DNA of 64,000 nt from Bacilli bacterium (GCA_045597865.1 JAZLKX010000040.1:13473-77472); one strand, 5' to 3'; shown: positions 1-10,359, numbered from the stretch's first letter. Made by a program: numbers and translations. The notes: a model not told the origin generated them from the letters alone.

Positions 1-37
1 GATAATGCAAACAATAAGTTCTTTTTGATCGCTCATA

Positions 38-463
38 CTACTTACCTGAAACCTTTCTTGTGTTTGATAAAAATTTATAAATTGAAACACCCATAACTGA
101 GGTTAATTTAACTGAGAACGAGATTCCGTTTGATGCTTTAGAAACTGAGAATCTTTCTTTTAATACCTTTTTAACAACCTCTGTCATATCTTCTCTCACA
201 AACGAGAAAACGATTTGTTTTTTGTTGTCATTTACAAGATTTGGAATGAATTTTGCGCCAGTTCCCTCGCCTTGAGTAATTACATTGTAATTAACACCAA
301 CATTTTCTAAGATTTTGACTATACCCGAAGCTTGTCCTAGAGGAACAATGCTGATAAATAATTTTAAACCTAAAAGATTGTTGGTTTCTTCGTATGGAAC
401 GAATCTGCCACTAGTATTTCTTACTAGTTTCTTTTGTTCTGGTTTTTTCTTTAAAAACGCCAT
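38..463 (-). CDS. P-II-like (GlnB-fold) protein associated with DUF1538
   Basis: Contains a GEGT motif and a C-terminal GISFSVKL..VMG segment typical of P-II-like partners of DUF1538 genes. SD GGAAGGAGG upstream. Confidence 0.65.
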   Translation of the reverse strand: MAFLKKKPEQKKLVRNTSGRFVPYEETNNLLGLKLFISIVPLGQASGIVKILENVGVNYNVITQGEGTGAKFIPNLVNDNKKQIVFSFVREDMTEVVKKVLKERFSVSKASNGISFSVKLTSVMGVSIYKFLSNTRKVSGK

Positions 464-475
464 GGTTCCTCCTTC

Positions 476-2002
476 CTAGAAATGAATGATTTGATCATCG
501 TATGCGTCCGCAATACGCTTACGAGCAACACTCATTCTGTATTTTTCTTTAACAGTACCTGTTAAGCCAAGTAACTGAATCATAATCAAAGGCATTAATG
601 CAACAATTGCTATTGTGCCAAAAGCATCAGACATAATTCTTGTGGATGCTTCAGCGCCAGCAAAAACATAACAAGCGCCAATTGCAAATGGTTGGATAAA
701 TGTTGAGTTCATTGGACCAGAAACAACGCCGCCTGAATCGAAAGCGATTGCTGTATAAATTGGTTTAACAAAGAATGAAAGTAAGAACGCTAAGAAATAG
801 CCTGGAACTACAACGTAGAAGAGACTAAATCTCATAAATGTTCTAAGCATTGCGATACCAATTGCTATACCGTTACCTATGGCAATAGTAATCAAAACCG
901 CGTTCTTTTTAACAGTTCCGTTAGAAACTGTTTCTATTTGATTTGTTAAAACGTGGACAGCTGGTTCTGCAAAGACTGCAACAACACCTAGTGTTGCGCC
1001 AACAATAATAAGTATTAATTTATTACCACTTTGAGCTATTTGTTGACCAATAATTTTGCCTATTGGCAAGAATCCTGCATCAACAGCACTTAAGAAGATA
1101 ACTAAACCAACATAAACAAGCACAACACCAATAAATAATGAAAGTAATTTTCTTGCAGATAATCTAATAAAGATGAGTTCGTAAATAAGGAACATTACAA
1201 CAATTGGAACAATTGACATTGCAACCTTCACTAATGTTCCGTTTTCGCCAATTAAAGCGTGAATAAATGGTGATATGACATTGTCTGGATTAACTGGTTC
1301 AACATATGAATAGATGAGTTGTTGGTTCTTTAAGAAAATTGAAAGAATCAAAACAACTAAAATAGGGCCAATAGATGAGAAAGCAACTAAGCCGAACGAA
1401 TCGGCGTCTGTTTTCTTACCAGAACGTGATGTAGCAAGACCAATACCAATACTTAAAATAAATGGCACCGTCATTGGTCCAGTTGTTACACCACCACTAT
1501 CTAATGATAGTGGAACATAAGAATAATCAACCAAACAGCATAAAGCGAACATCAGTCCGTAAAATGCTAATATCCATAAAGTTAATGATTTTTCAAATAA
1601 GATTCTGATTGCACCAATAACTAAGAAAATACCAACTCCAACGCCGATAGAAACAGTTAAAATCGTGCTATCAATAGGAACTTGATCAGCAAGAACAGAT
1701 AAGTCTGGTTCTGCCATTGTTATTAAAGCACCAAACAAGAAGAAAATGATGACGAGCATCAACATACTTCTCTTTTTAGTGATGGAGGATCCAATAAGTT
1801 CGCCCATTTGAGACATAGATGATTCTGAACCCATGTTAAAGAGCCACATACCAATAATAACCAAAACAACACTAATGGCGAAAACCCAGAGTTGATTTGG
1901 TTCAAAAAGTGTAACTTTTGTGATGTATAAAACTAAAACAACTACCAAAACAGGTAAAGTTGATAGTAATGAATCTTTTAGTTTTAATAACGACTGTCTC
2001 AT
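476..2002 (-). CDS. DUF1538 family membrane protein (two fused DUF1538 domains), putative transporter
   Basis: Two copies of AEP...DSGGV(T/V)(T/S)GPM and DxFGxxA motifs, with many TM helices. Start reassigned to ATG 2002 (MRQSLL) because the longer start lies within a terminator hairpin. Confidence 0.8.
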   Translation of the reverse strand: MRQSLLKLKDSLLSTLPVLVVVLVLYITKVTLFEPNQLWVFAISVVLVIIGMWLFNMGSESSMSQMGELIGSSITKKRSMLMLVIIFFLFGALITMAEPDLSVLADQVPIDSTILTVSIGVGVGIFLVIGAIRILFEKSLTLWILAFYGLMFALCCLVDYSYVPLSLDSGGVTTGPMTVPFILSIGIGLATSRSGKKTDADSFGLVAFSSIGPILVVLILSIFLKNQQLIYSYVEPVNPDNVISPFIHALIGENGTLVKVAMSIVPIVVMFLIYELIFIRLSARKLLSLFIGVVLVYVGLVIFLSAVDAGFLPIGKIIGQQIAQSGNKLILIIVGATLGVVAVFAEPAVHVLTNQIETVSNGTVKKNAVLITIAIGNGIAIGIAMLRTFMRFSLFYVVVPGYFLAFLLSFFVKPIYTAIAFDSGGVVSGPMNSTFIQPFAIGACYVFAGAEASTRIMSDAFGTIAIVALMPLIMIQLLGLTGTVKEKYRMSVARKRIADAYDDQIIHF

Positions 2003-2026
2003 TGCCTTATTATTATAAGCATAAAT

Positions 2027-2058
2027 AAAAAGTGCTCGCAATAACGAACGCACTTTTT
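2027..2058 (-). terminator. Intrinsic terminator after the metG-aguB-rluA run
   Basis: aaaagtgc...gcactttt inverted repeat with a U-tract on the minus strand. Confidence 0.6.
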
Positions 2059-2077
2059 AAACTAAAACTAATAGATA

Positions 2078-2995
2078 TTAATGGAACAAATTTTCAAATT
2101 CGGTTGGCATTTTAGATACAAACTCATAAATTTTCTTTGTTATCGGATGAACAAATTTTAATTTGTAAGCATGCAAACCTAAACGTTTAATTGGATCTGC
2201 TGGTTCTCCGTACTTATCATCGCCAATTACATGATGACCTCTATGCCCTAGTTGAACACGAATTTGGTTTTTTCTTCCTGTGTCAATCTTCACATCCAAT
2301 AACGAGTAAAGTTTATTTGATTTCAATACTTTGTATTGAGTAATGCATTTTTTACCATGTACTTTATCATTTGAAACATACATTAAATTAAGTGCATTTT
2401 CTTTGAGATAATCAACGTATTTATCTTCTGGTTTTTCCATCGTTCCTTCAACGACAGCATAGTAGCCTCTTTCAAGAACAATTTCGCTCCAATCTTTTTG
2501 AAGTATATCTTTTATTTTTGGGTTCTTAGCAAACATCAAAACACCAGATGTATCTTCGTCCAAACGATGTACCACAAATACACGATTGTGTTTGTCTTTT
2601 TGTTGAACATAATCATTTACCATACGATAGGCAGTTCTACCTTTTTCGTTATCGCTTGGTACGGTCAATAATCCACTTGGTTTGTCAATTACAATAAACT
2701 CTTCATTTTCAAAAATAATCGGTAAATCACGGCGATTTTTGCGTGAAATCCGCTGTTTTGAGACAATTACAACATCGTCTTTAGATAGCTTTAAATTGTA
2801 CTGAGAAACAGGTGCACCATTAACTCCGACATAGTGTCCAGAGAGAATTGATTTAACTGCATTTCTAGATAAGTTAGGAAATTTTTCAAACAAAAAAGAG
2901 AGGAGTTCGCACTCTTCTTTAACCTTGAATTCTTTAATCGAATTTGGGTTAACTTTTCCTTTGTGGATTTCTCTCTTTTTATCGTTCTTATTCAT
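2078..2995 (-). CDS. RluA/RluD family RNA pseudouridine synthase with S4-like N-terminus
   Basis: Motifs IDKPSGL, VHRLDEDTSG, TGRKNQIR, GDDKYG and LHA. Confidence 0.92.
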   Translation of the reverse strand: MNKNDKKREIHKGKVNPNSIKEFKVKEECELLSFLFEKFPNLSRNAVKSILSGHYVGVNGAPVSQYNLKLSKDDVVIVSKQRISRKNRRDLPIIFENEEFIVIDKPSGLLTVPSDNEKGRTAYRMVNDYVQQKDKHNRVFVVHRLDEDTSGVLMFAKNPKIKDILQKDWSEIVLERGYYAVVEGTMEKPEDKYVDYLKENALNLMYVSNDKVHGKKCITQYKVLKSNKLYSLLDVKIDTGRKNQIRVQLGHRGHHVIGDDKYGEPADPIKRLGLHAYKLKFVHPITKKIYEFVSKMPTEFENLFH

Positions 2996-3857
2996 CTAAA
3001 TTTTTTGAGTAACCAACTAATTCTTTGTAGCATTCAGGTCTACGATCTCTGAATACGCCCCAAGAAACTCTTTCTTTATCAATTGATTCAAGATCGAATT
3101 CGTGGATCTTAAATCCTTCTTCTTTTCTGTCCATTTCTTCAACAACATTTCCGTATTGGTCTGCAATAAATGAAAATCCTTGGAATGTCATTGATGATTT
3201 TCCTGCTGTCTCAATTCCAACTCTGTTGGATGCACAGACAGGAATAATATTTGCGGCTGCGTGACCGCACATAGTGTTGCGCCAGTGTGGCATAGAATCA
3301 CGAACTAAAACTGGTTCAGAACCAATTGCAGTTGGATAAAGTAAAATTTCTGCATCTTTGAGTGCTAAAATTCTGGCTGTTTCAGGGAACCATTGATCCC
3401 AACAAATTCCAACACCTACACGACCAAATTTTGTATTGAAAACTTTAAATCCTGTGTCTCCTGGTGAGAAATAGAATTTTTCTTCGTAGCATTCACCTGT
3501 TGGAATGTGTGTTTTACGATACATTCCCAAATCTTTGCCGTCAGCATCAATCATAACAAGTGAGTTAAAGTAGTTTGCTCCAGACTTTTCAAAGAAAGAA
3601 ATTGGGAGAACAACGTTATATTTTTTAGCAACTTTTTTGAAGTGCTCAACAAGGTTTGATTTTTCTCTTTTTTCAGCTAAAGCAAACTTGTCATAATCTT
3701 CGACTTGGCAAAAATAAAGATTAGAAAAAAGTTCTTGCAAAAGTATGATATTTGCACCAGCTTTTGCACAATTTTCCACCATTTTCTCGGCTTTTTTGAT
3801 GTTTTCCTCGTAGTTTGAGGAACAGCTCATTTGAGTAATTGCAACTTTAATTTTCAT
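2988..3857 (-). CDS. aguB: N-carbamoylputrescine amidase
   Basis: Nitrilase family motifs QELF, YRKTHIP, YEEKFYFSPGDTGF, GICWDQWFPE and YPTAIGSEP. Lies directly after the agmatine deiminase domain. Confidence 0.92.
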   Translation of the reverse strand: MKIKVAITQMSCSSNYEENIKKAEKMVENCAKAGANIILLQELFSNLYFCQVEDYDKFALAEKREKSNLVEHFKKVAKKYNVVLPISFFEKSGANYFNSLVMIDADGKDLGMYRKTHIPTGECYEEKFYFSPGDTGFKVFNTKFGRVGVGICWDQWFPETARILALKDAEILLYPTAIGSEPVLVRDSMPHWRNTMCGHAAANIIPVCASNRVGIETAGKSSMTFQGFSFIADQYGNVVEEMDRKEEGFKIHEFDLESIDKERVSWGVFRDRRPECYKELVGYSKNLDE

Positions 3858-6474
3858 TTCGATTTTTAAACTCCTTATTGTATGGAATCTGCATTGTTAT
3901 ACAGTGAACGTTTCCGCCACCTAACAAAATTTCTTTTGTGTTAAATTGAATGATTTCTTTTTCTGGATAAAGTTTTTGCAAAGTTTGTTTTGCTAATTTG
4001 TCTTCTGGAACTCCAAATGCTGGAAGGATAACGAATTTCTCGCCTTGATAAAAGTTAACGTAACTTGCTGCAAGTCTATTTCCTTCAACACGTGATTTTG
4101 CATTGTATTTTCCAACACTAATTCCCTTGGATTCTTTCTTTGACATATAAATTGGGGAAGGAACCTTAATTTTTACAATTTCAAACGGTCTTCCTTGAGC
4201 GTCAGTTGAGTTCTTAAGAACTTTGTATGCATCTGAAGAGAATTTGTATTGTGGATCGTTCTTATCGTTTGTCCATGCAAGTGCGACAACGCCTGGTTTA
4301 ATGAAGCAAGCGACGTTGTCAACATGCTCATTAGTCTCATCTTCATAAATTCCATGCTCCAACCAAATAACTTTCTTAACACCAAGGTAAATCTTGAGTG
4401 TTTCTTCGATTTCTAATTGAGTTAAATGTGGATTTCTTCCTTCGGAGAGCAAGCAAGCCTTTGTAACAAGGCATGTTCCTTCGCCATCAACATGAATTGA
4501 CCCGCCTTCAAGAATAAAGTCATCTAATCTATAAGATTCGACACCAAATTTTTTAGCTAGATTTTTTGTTAAAGCGTCATCTTGTTTGTAATTTGAATAC
4601 AAACCATCAACTTCTCCGCCCCAAGCGTTAAATCTGAAATCTACAATTCTCATTCTGTCACCATTTGTGACAAAAATTGGAGAATTGTCTCTAGCCCAAG
4701 CATCATTATATGCAATCTTGATTGGATAAATATTTTTAAGTCCTTCGTAATCTTTGATTGCGCGATTCCATAATTTTGGAGAAATTCCGACATATACAGG
4801 TTCGTATTTTGCAATACTTGTGATAACTTGCTTATAGTTTTCGAGTGCTGGCTCAGCATTCTTTCTCCAAGTATCTTTTCTAAATGGCAATAGAACAATA
4901 GTTCCGCTGTGTTTATCGCCTTCAAAAGGCATAGAAAAGTCATCTCCACGTGGAGTTGAAATTCTTTTAACTAAATAGTCATTAAGTTTATTTTTGTGAG
5001 CTCTATAAGCTCTCCATTTTGCTGTATCAATTACGTTAACGTAATCTCCGTGATAATCGGAAAGAATTGTACAACCAATTTTTCTATAAGAAGCGATTCT
5101 ATCAACTAAGTCTTTAGTGAATACTTCTCCTGGAACTATTAATGGGATTCCTGGAGGGTAAATCATAATTGATTCTTTAGAAATACAGTTCACTGCATCT
5201 CTTAAGGCAACTTTGTTGCCTGGGGCGTGATAGGCACTTCTTGGTCTAACAATTTGGAATGGGAAATCAACGCCAAAGGCGTGACGTTTATATTCATATT
5301 TTTTGTTGTAGTGTTTCTTTGAAATGTCTTTAAGAGCCGCAATAAAACGATTCATTTTTGCTTTTGTAAATGCAGCAGATAATACACCCATTATTACATA
5401 TGTTTCAGCGAGTTCGATTTGTATATCGTACTCTTCTCTCAAAATTCTAAATAAATCGAAACCATTAACATCAAGATGTTCTAGTTTAATAACTAGTTTT
5501 GTATCATCATAATCATAACAACCATGCGAAATAAAATGCTCTTTTCCAACAGGAATGAAGCCTTTAATTTTTGCAATTTGTTCACGACCATAAGTAGAAA
5601 TTTCGTGTATTTTTGTCATATATTCTTGACCTTTTGTTGCTGCAAATTGTCTTGCAGAATCAATTGAAGCCATAAGAATTGTTGATGGGGATGTTGTGTT
5701 AAGAATATTGAGTGTTTTTTGAACTTGAGCACGATCAATAGATTCAGACTTTAGTAACAATACTGAGGATTGGGTTAAGCTTCCGCCAGTTTTATGAAAT
5801 GAAACTGAAGCCATATCTGCTCCAGCATCCATAGCTGAAATTGGACCTTGCTTATCGAAATAGTAGTGAGCACCGTGCGCTTCATCTACTAGTACTGCAA
5901 TTCCTCTAGCATGAGCTTCTTTAACTAAACGTTTTAAATCGTTAACCGCGCCAAAATAGGTTGGGTTAATAACAAAGATTGCTTTCGCAGAAGGATATTT
6001 GTGCATAGCACTAATATAATCGTCAACAGATGGTTGGTTTGCTATTTCTAAATCTGCATCAATTTTTGGTGCAATAAAAATTGGTGATGCACCAGAAAGA
6101 ATAAGTGCCGAAATAACAGATTTGTGCACATTACGTGGGAGAATAATTTTCTCGTTAGCGTGGCAAGCGCACATAATCATAGCGATAATACCACTAGAAG
6201 TGCCGTTAATAAGGAAGAAAGACTTATCAGCATTAGTAAAGTCAGCCATAAGTTTTTCAGCCTCTAAAAGAACTCCTTGAGGATTGGCTAAATTGTCTAG
6301 TCCTAAAGGAGCATTAACGTCGGCATTATATAATGAATCACCAATATAAGATCTAAATTTGCTTGGTAAAGAGCCTCTTTCGTGTCCTGGAACATCAAGT
6401 TGCATGACATCTTTTGAAAGATACTTCTTCAAAGCGTCTAAATATGGTGTTTTATTTTGATCTAGCTTTGCCAT
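3847..6474 (-). CDS. Fused Orn/Lys/Arg decarboxylase (likely arginine decarboxylase) + agmatine deiminase
   Basis: N-terminal ~490 aa carry DVPGH, NGTSSG, PRNVHKS, VDEAHGAH, the PLP lysine SFHKTGGSLTQ and YPPGIP. C-terminal ~370 aa carry WARD, FNAWGG, EGGSIHVDG, HVDN and GGGNVHCITMQ. One uninterrupted ORF. Confidence 0.9.
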   Translation of the reverse strand: MAKLDQNKTPYLDALKKYLSKDVMQLDVPGHERGSLPSKFRSYIGDSLYNADVNAPLGLDNLANPQGVLLEAEKLMADFTNADKSFFLINGTSSGIIAMIMCACHANEKIILPRNVHKSVISALILSGASPIFIAPKIDADLEIANQPSVDDYISAMHKYPSAKAIFVINPTYFGAVNDLKRLVKEAHARGIAVLVDEAHGAHYYFDKQGPISAMDAGADMASVSFHKTGGSLTQSSVLLLKSESIDRAQVQKTLNILNTTSPSTILMASIDSARQFAATKGQEYMTKIHEISTYGREQIAKIKGFIPVGKEHFISHGCYDYDDTKLVIKLEHLDVNGFDLFRILREEYDIQIELAETYVIMGVLSAAFTKAKMNRFIAALKDISKKHYNKKYEYKRHAFGVDFPFQIVRPRSAYHAPGNKVALRDAVNCISKESIMIYPPGIPLIVPGEVFTKDLVDRIASYRKIGCTILSDYHGDYVNVIDTAKWRAYRAHKNKLNDYLVKRISTPRGDDFSMPFEGDKHSGTIVLLPFRKDTWRKNAEPALENYKQVITSIAKYEPVYVGISPKLWNRAIKDYEGLKNIYPIKIAYNDAWARDNSPIFVTNGDRMRIVDFRFNAWGGEVDGLYSNYKQDDALTKNLAKKFGVESYRLDDFILEGGSIHVDGEGTCLVTKACLLSEGRNPHLTQLEIEETLKIYLGVKKVIWLEHGIYEDETNEHVDNVACFIKPGVVALAWTNDKNDPQYKFSSDAYKVLKNSTDAQGRPFEIVKIKVPSPIYMSKKESKGISVGKYNAKSRVEGNRLAASYVNFYQGEKFVILPAFGVPEDKLAKQTLQKLYPEKEIIQFNTKEILLGGGNVHCITMQIPYNKEFKNRNEN

Positions 6475-6476
6475 AA

Positions 6477-8054
6477 TTATTTTGTTAACGAATTAATAAA
6501 TTCGGTCTCCACTGCAACATCTAAACGTGGGAATAAAGGTGTTCCCTTATCTACATGGTTTCCTGCAAAGCAGCAGAAATCATGAACTGATTCATATGCT
6601 TGTTGTTTTTCGTTTAAGTTGAATAGTGCAAATACTTTTGGAGCAGATTCGACTAAAACTGGTGATAAAAGTTTTGTTCCAACAATAATACAATTTGTTA
6701 AAACTGCCATAACATTTCCAAGCTCTTCAATCTTGCCTTCTTTAGACAAAACCCAAGGCTGAGAATCTTCAATATATTTGTTTGCAACATTGAGTAAATT
6801 AATAACTTCATTGAGAGCTTCAGTAACCTTCAAATCGTCCATTAAATTCTCATATGCTTTTATCGTTTTCTCCGTCAAAACCTCAATATTTCGCTCATTT
6901 TCTCCAGGATTTTTAAGTTCTGGAACAATACCGTCAAAGTACTTAGAAATCATAGAAGTTGTACGATTAACGAGGTTTCCAAAATTGTTAGCAAGGTCAA
7001 CATTAACGCGGTCAGCAAATAACTCTGGAGTGAATCTTCCATCACTGCCAAACGAGAATTCTTTTGCTAAGAACCAACGCACTGTATCAACGCCATATCT
7101 TTCAATTAACGGAAGAGGTGAAACAACATTTCCGCGGCTCTTAGACATTTTCTCGCCATTGAGGTCTAAAAGACCATGAACAAAAACTCTATCAGGCAAT
7201 CTTAGATTGAGTCCTTTTAAGAACATTGGCCAATAAATTACGTGGAAGCGTGTAATGTCCGCGCCTACAACGTGCACAATTTCAGCATCAGGATCATTCC
7301 AAAATTTTTCAAATTTTTCTGGATTGTCAGAGCCATAACCTAAAGCTGTAATATAATTACAGAGTGCATCCAACCAAACATACATTACGTGTTTTGGATT
7401 TTCCAAAACTGGAACACCCCAATCAAATGTTGTTCTAGAAACACAAAGATCATCCAAACCATTCTTAATGAATGTATTCATCATTTCGTTTTTGCGTGAA
7501 ACTGGTGTAATGAATTTTGGGTTTTCTTCATAATATTTCAAAATGTCAGGAAGATATTTATTTGTTTTGAAGAAATAACATTCTTCAGAAGCTTTATGAA
7601 CTTCTCTATGACAATCTGGACAAAGGTGTTCTTCACCAACTTGAGTGTCGGTCCAGAACGATTCACATGGAGTACAATACCAACCTTCATATTTACCAAG
7701 ATAGATATCTTCGTTTTTATAAAGCTTTGAGAAAATGTTTTGAACAACCGTGGTGTGTCTTTCTTGGGTTGTTCTAATAAAATCATCATTTGAAATTTTC
7801 ATAGCTTTCCATAAATCTTGGAATTTTGCTGCAATCTCATCAACATATTGTTGAGGAGTTACGCCTTTTTCAGCAGCTTTCTTTTGGATTTTTTCGCCAT
7901 GTTCATCAGTACCTGTTAAAAAATAGGTTTCAAAACCACGCATTCGTTTGGAGCGTGCAATAATATCGCACATGGTCGTACAGTAAGCATGACCTATGTG
8001 TGCTTCCGCGCTAGGATAATAAATTGGCGTAGTAATGTAGAACTTGTTTTTCAT
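6477..8054 (-). CDS. metG: Methionyl-tRNA synthetase (short form, no C-terminal tRNA-binding domain)
   Basis: YITTPIYY, HIGH, GTDEHG, YVWLDAL and KMSKS motifs. Confidence 0.95.
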   Translation of the reverse strand: MKNKFYITTPIYYPSAEAHIGHAYCTTMCDIIARSKRMRGFETYFLTGTDEHGEKIQKKAAEKGVTPQQYVDEIAAKFQDLWKAMKISNDDFIRTTQERHTTVVQNIFSKLYKNEDIYLGKYEGWYCTPCESFWTDTQVGEEHLCPDCHREVHKASEECYFFKTNKYLPDILKYYEENPKFITPVSRKNEMMNTFIKNGLDDLCVSRTTFDWGVPVLENPKHVMYVWLDALCNYITALGYGSDNPEKFEKFWNDPDAEIVHVVGADITRFHVIYWPMFLKGLNLRLPDRVFVHGLLDLNGEKMSKSRGNVVSPLPLIERYGVDTVRWFLAKEFSFGSDGRFTPELFADRVNVDLANNFGNLVNRTTSMISKYFDGIVPELKNPGENERNIEVLTEKTIKAYENLMDDLKVTEALNEVINLLNVANKYIEDSQPWVLSKEGKIEELGNVMAVLTNCIIVGTKLLSPVLVESAPKVFALFNLNEKQQAYESVHDFCCFAGNHVDKGTPLFPRLDVAVETEFINSLTK

Positions 8055-8082
8055 ATGAGGTACTCCTTGTTCTAAAAATAAA

Positions 8083-8886
8083 TTAATTTATTCCGCAGGC
8101 TTTTTTAGTAGCTGCAGATTTATTTCCCCAAATTTTGCATGCATATTCAGGGTGATCAATAAATGGATTTCTATTTCCTTGATATTTGTTTTGAATAACG
8201 TTGTTTCTGTTGTGTTCACAACGTAGTTCTTTAGAAGCTTTTTTGTCATTTGAAGGAAGATATTCAAGATTCCATTTTAGAAGGTCTGATAACTTACCCA
8301 TTTGATTGCCGCCACCAGAGGTGGAATCAACTAAACTTAAGCTTCCGTGCGCAACAACACAATAGAAAATAATACGAGCACAAATTCCTCTATAATCTTC
8401 GTGGCCTAAATCTCCTGGATCATAAGCATTGTATTCAGCATAGAATTTGTTTCCTCTCTCAGAGTTAGAATCAACCCAAGCTGGTCTAACCATATGAATA
8501 TCACCTTCGACGTTGTCGCCACCAAGTGATCTTGGCCAAACATGTTCGCGATTCCATGTTTTTGCAGAATCCCAACCAGGACCGACTAAATGGTTGTCAT
8601 AAAATCCAAGGATTTTTCCGCTTCCATCCGGATCAGCATCTGTATACTTAAATAGATTCTTAAGGCCATCATAAGTATAATCTTTGGTCTTTTTATCCTT
8701 GTTTAATTGTCTTAAATCATTCAACAATGTTGAAGAATTTTCATTAATTCCTTCATAGTATTCATCTATAGATGGATCTTCCTCTGGTACAGGATCATCA
8801 CCAGGCTTATCGCCGTTATCGCCACAACCTGTAAGACAAACTACAGATGCTAAGAATGTTAAAAAAGTTAAAAATTGTTTCTTCAT
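8083..8886 (-). CDS. Endonuclease I (His-Me finger) family lipoprotein
   Basis: Lipobox LTGC, then NREHVWP, NSERGN, RGICARIIFY and QGNRNPFIDHPE. Confidence 0.85.
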   Translation of the reverse strand: MKKQFLTFLTFLASVVCLTGCGDNGDKPGDDPVPEEDPSIDEYYEGINENSSTLLNDLRQLNKDKKTKDYTYDGLKNLFKYTDADPDGSGKILGFYDNHLVGPGWDSAKTWNREHVWPRSLGGDNVEGDIHMVRPAWVDSNSERGNKFYAEYNAYDPGDLGHEDYRGICARIIFYCVVAHGSLSLVDSTSGGGNQMGKLSDLLKWNLEYLPSNDKKASKELRCEHNRNNVIQNKYQGNRNPFIDHPEYACKIWGNKSAATKKACGIN

Positions 8887-8889
8887 ATT

Positions 8890-10359
8890 TTATAATCCAC
8901 AAATTTCTCTTGTTGTACTATTGGTGGTACCCCAAATTTTACAAGCATATTCTGGGTGATCAATAAATGGATTTCTGTTTCCTTGTAAGGTTTCGGCTCC
9001 GTCATTTCTTGTAAGTTCTCTTTCAAGAACTGGGTATTCAAGATTCCATCTTAATAAGTCAGACAATTTTCCCATTGTTTTATTTCCGGTGCTGTCGTCT
9101 TCTTTATCAACAAGCTTTAAGCTTGTGCTTGCGATTGCACAATAGAATATAATTCTAGCAGAATCGCCACGATAACTTTCTTTTCCGAAAGACTCCATAG
9201 CTGGATCCCAACCACCGCTTGATTTGCATTTTCCTTCAACATAGAATGAATTTCCGCGGCTTCCGTTTTCGGCATTCAATGTTGGTCTTGGCATATGAAT
9301 GTCAGCTTCAACCAAGTTGCCACCTCTTGAATCTGGCCAAACGTGTTCACGATTCAAACCGCTAGTTCCGTTATTATTTCTACCAGAATAGAAAGTGGTA
9401 ATAGTATTTGATCCTGTTCCAGGATCTGTAACATAGAATCCTTGTGATGGGTTGTTGAGCATATTCTTATAGCCAACAGTTCTTTTTCGTTTGCCACTAT
9501 TTAATTTATTTAAATCATTCAACAATGTTGAGGAATTTGGGTTAATTCCTTCGTAATAACCAGTTTCCTTATTTTCTTTAACAGTAATAGAAACTGTTGC
9601 AGTCTTTCCTAAATAGGAAACAGTGACCTCAGTGTCACCTAAAGTAAATATATCTGGGCTACATTCGTAGGTTGTTATTTCTTTCGAAGATCCATCTTCA
9701 AAATTTGCTACAACAACCATTCCGCTCTTGTTGAAACTTTCGCCTTCGTAATAAACGGTTTTTGTTGGATTTTCTTCGATAGAAATGCTTACAAGTTTTG
9801 CACCTTCTTGAGTAACAGAAATTGGAGTAGTAGTTCTAAATCTACCGCTTCTAATTGTTATTTTATCGTTTGTCTCATCCAACTCATCTGTTGGTGAATA
9901 TGTATAATTGGTAATTGCTGACCCTGTGCCATCTTCATAAACTTTTTTAACAACCATTCCGGTTGGATCAAATTTTTCACCAACAACATAATCAACCTTA
10001 TCTGGTGGAGTGGTTACTTCAATACCAGTTTGTACACGTGGGCTGTCTGAAACAGTAATATCTTGAGTACAAGTTTTGCCTCCAAATGAAATTGTTACAT
10101 AAGTAACACCCATTTCGAGTTCATCTTTTGGCTCATAAGTATAAGCTTTTATTTCACTTTCTTTACCGCCCATGTAACTTCCTGTAACTACCATTCCGGT
10201 TGGATCAAATTTATCGCCAACAGCGTATACAAGAGTCTCTGGAGGTGTTGTAACTCTAATATTTAAGAGAGTTGGATCGCTTCCAGGTTCACAACCAGTG
10301 CAAAAAACGGCTGCTGATGATACTACTGTAGCAATAAGAGTTAATCGAAACTTCTTCAT
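8890..10359 (-). CDS. Endonuclease I family lipoprotein with three bacterial Ig-like repeats
   Basis: Signal/lipobox (CTGC). Three repeats of P.K..Y..GE.F...GMVV. C-terminal NREHVWP...RGDSARIIFY...QGNRNPFIDHPE. Confidence 0.85.
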   Translation of the reverse strand: MKKFRLTLIATVVSSAAVFCTGCEPGSDPTLLNIRVTTPPETLVYAVGDKFDPTGMVVTGSYMGGKESEIKAYTYEPKDELEMGVTYVTISFGGKTCTQDITVSDSPRVQTGIEVTTPPDKVDYVVGEKFDPTGMVVKKVYEDGTGSAITNYTYSPTDELDETNDKITIRSGRFRTTTPISVTQEGAKLVSISIEENPTKTVYYEGESFNKSGMVVVANFEDGSSKEITTYECSPDIFTLGDTEVTVSYLGKTATVSITVKENKETGYYEGINPNSSTLLNDLNKLNSGKRKRTVGYKNMLNNPSQGFYVTDPGTGSNTITTFYSGRNNNGTSGLNREHVWPDSRGGNLVEADIHMPRPTLNAENGSRGNSFYVEGKCKSSGGWDPAMESFGKESYRGDSARIIFYCAIASTSLKLVDKEDDSTGNKTMGKLSDLLRWNLEYPVLERELTRNDGAETLQGNRNPFIDHPEYACKIWGTTNSTTREICGL

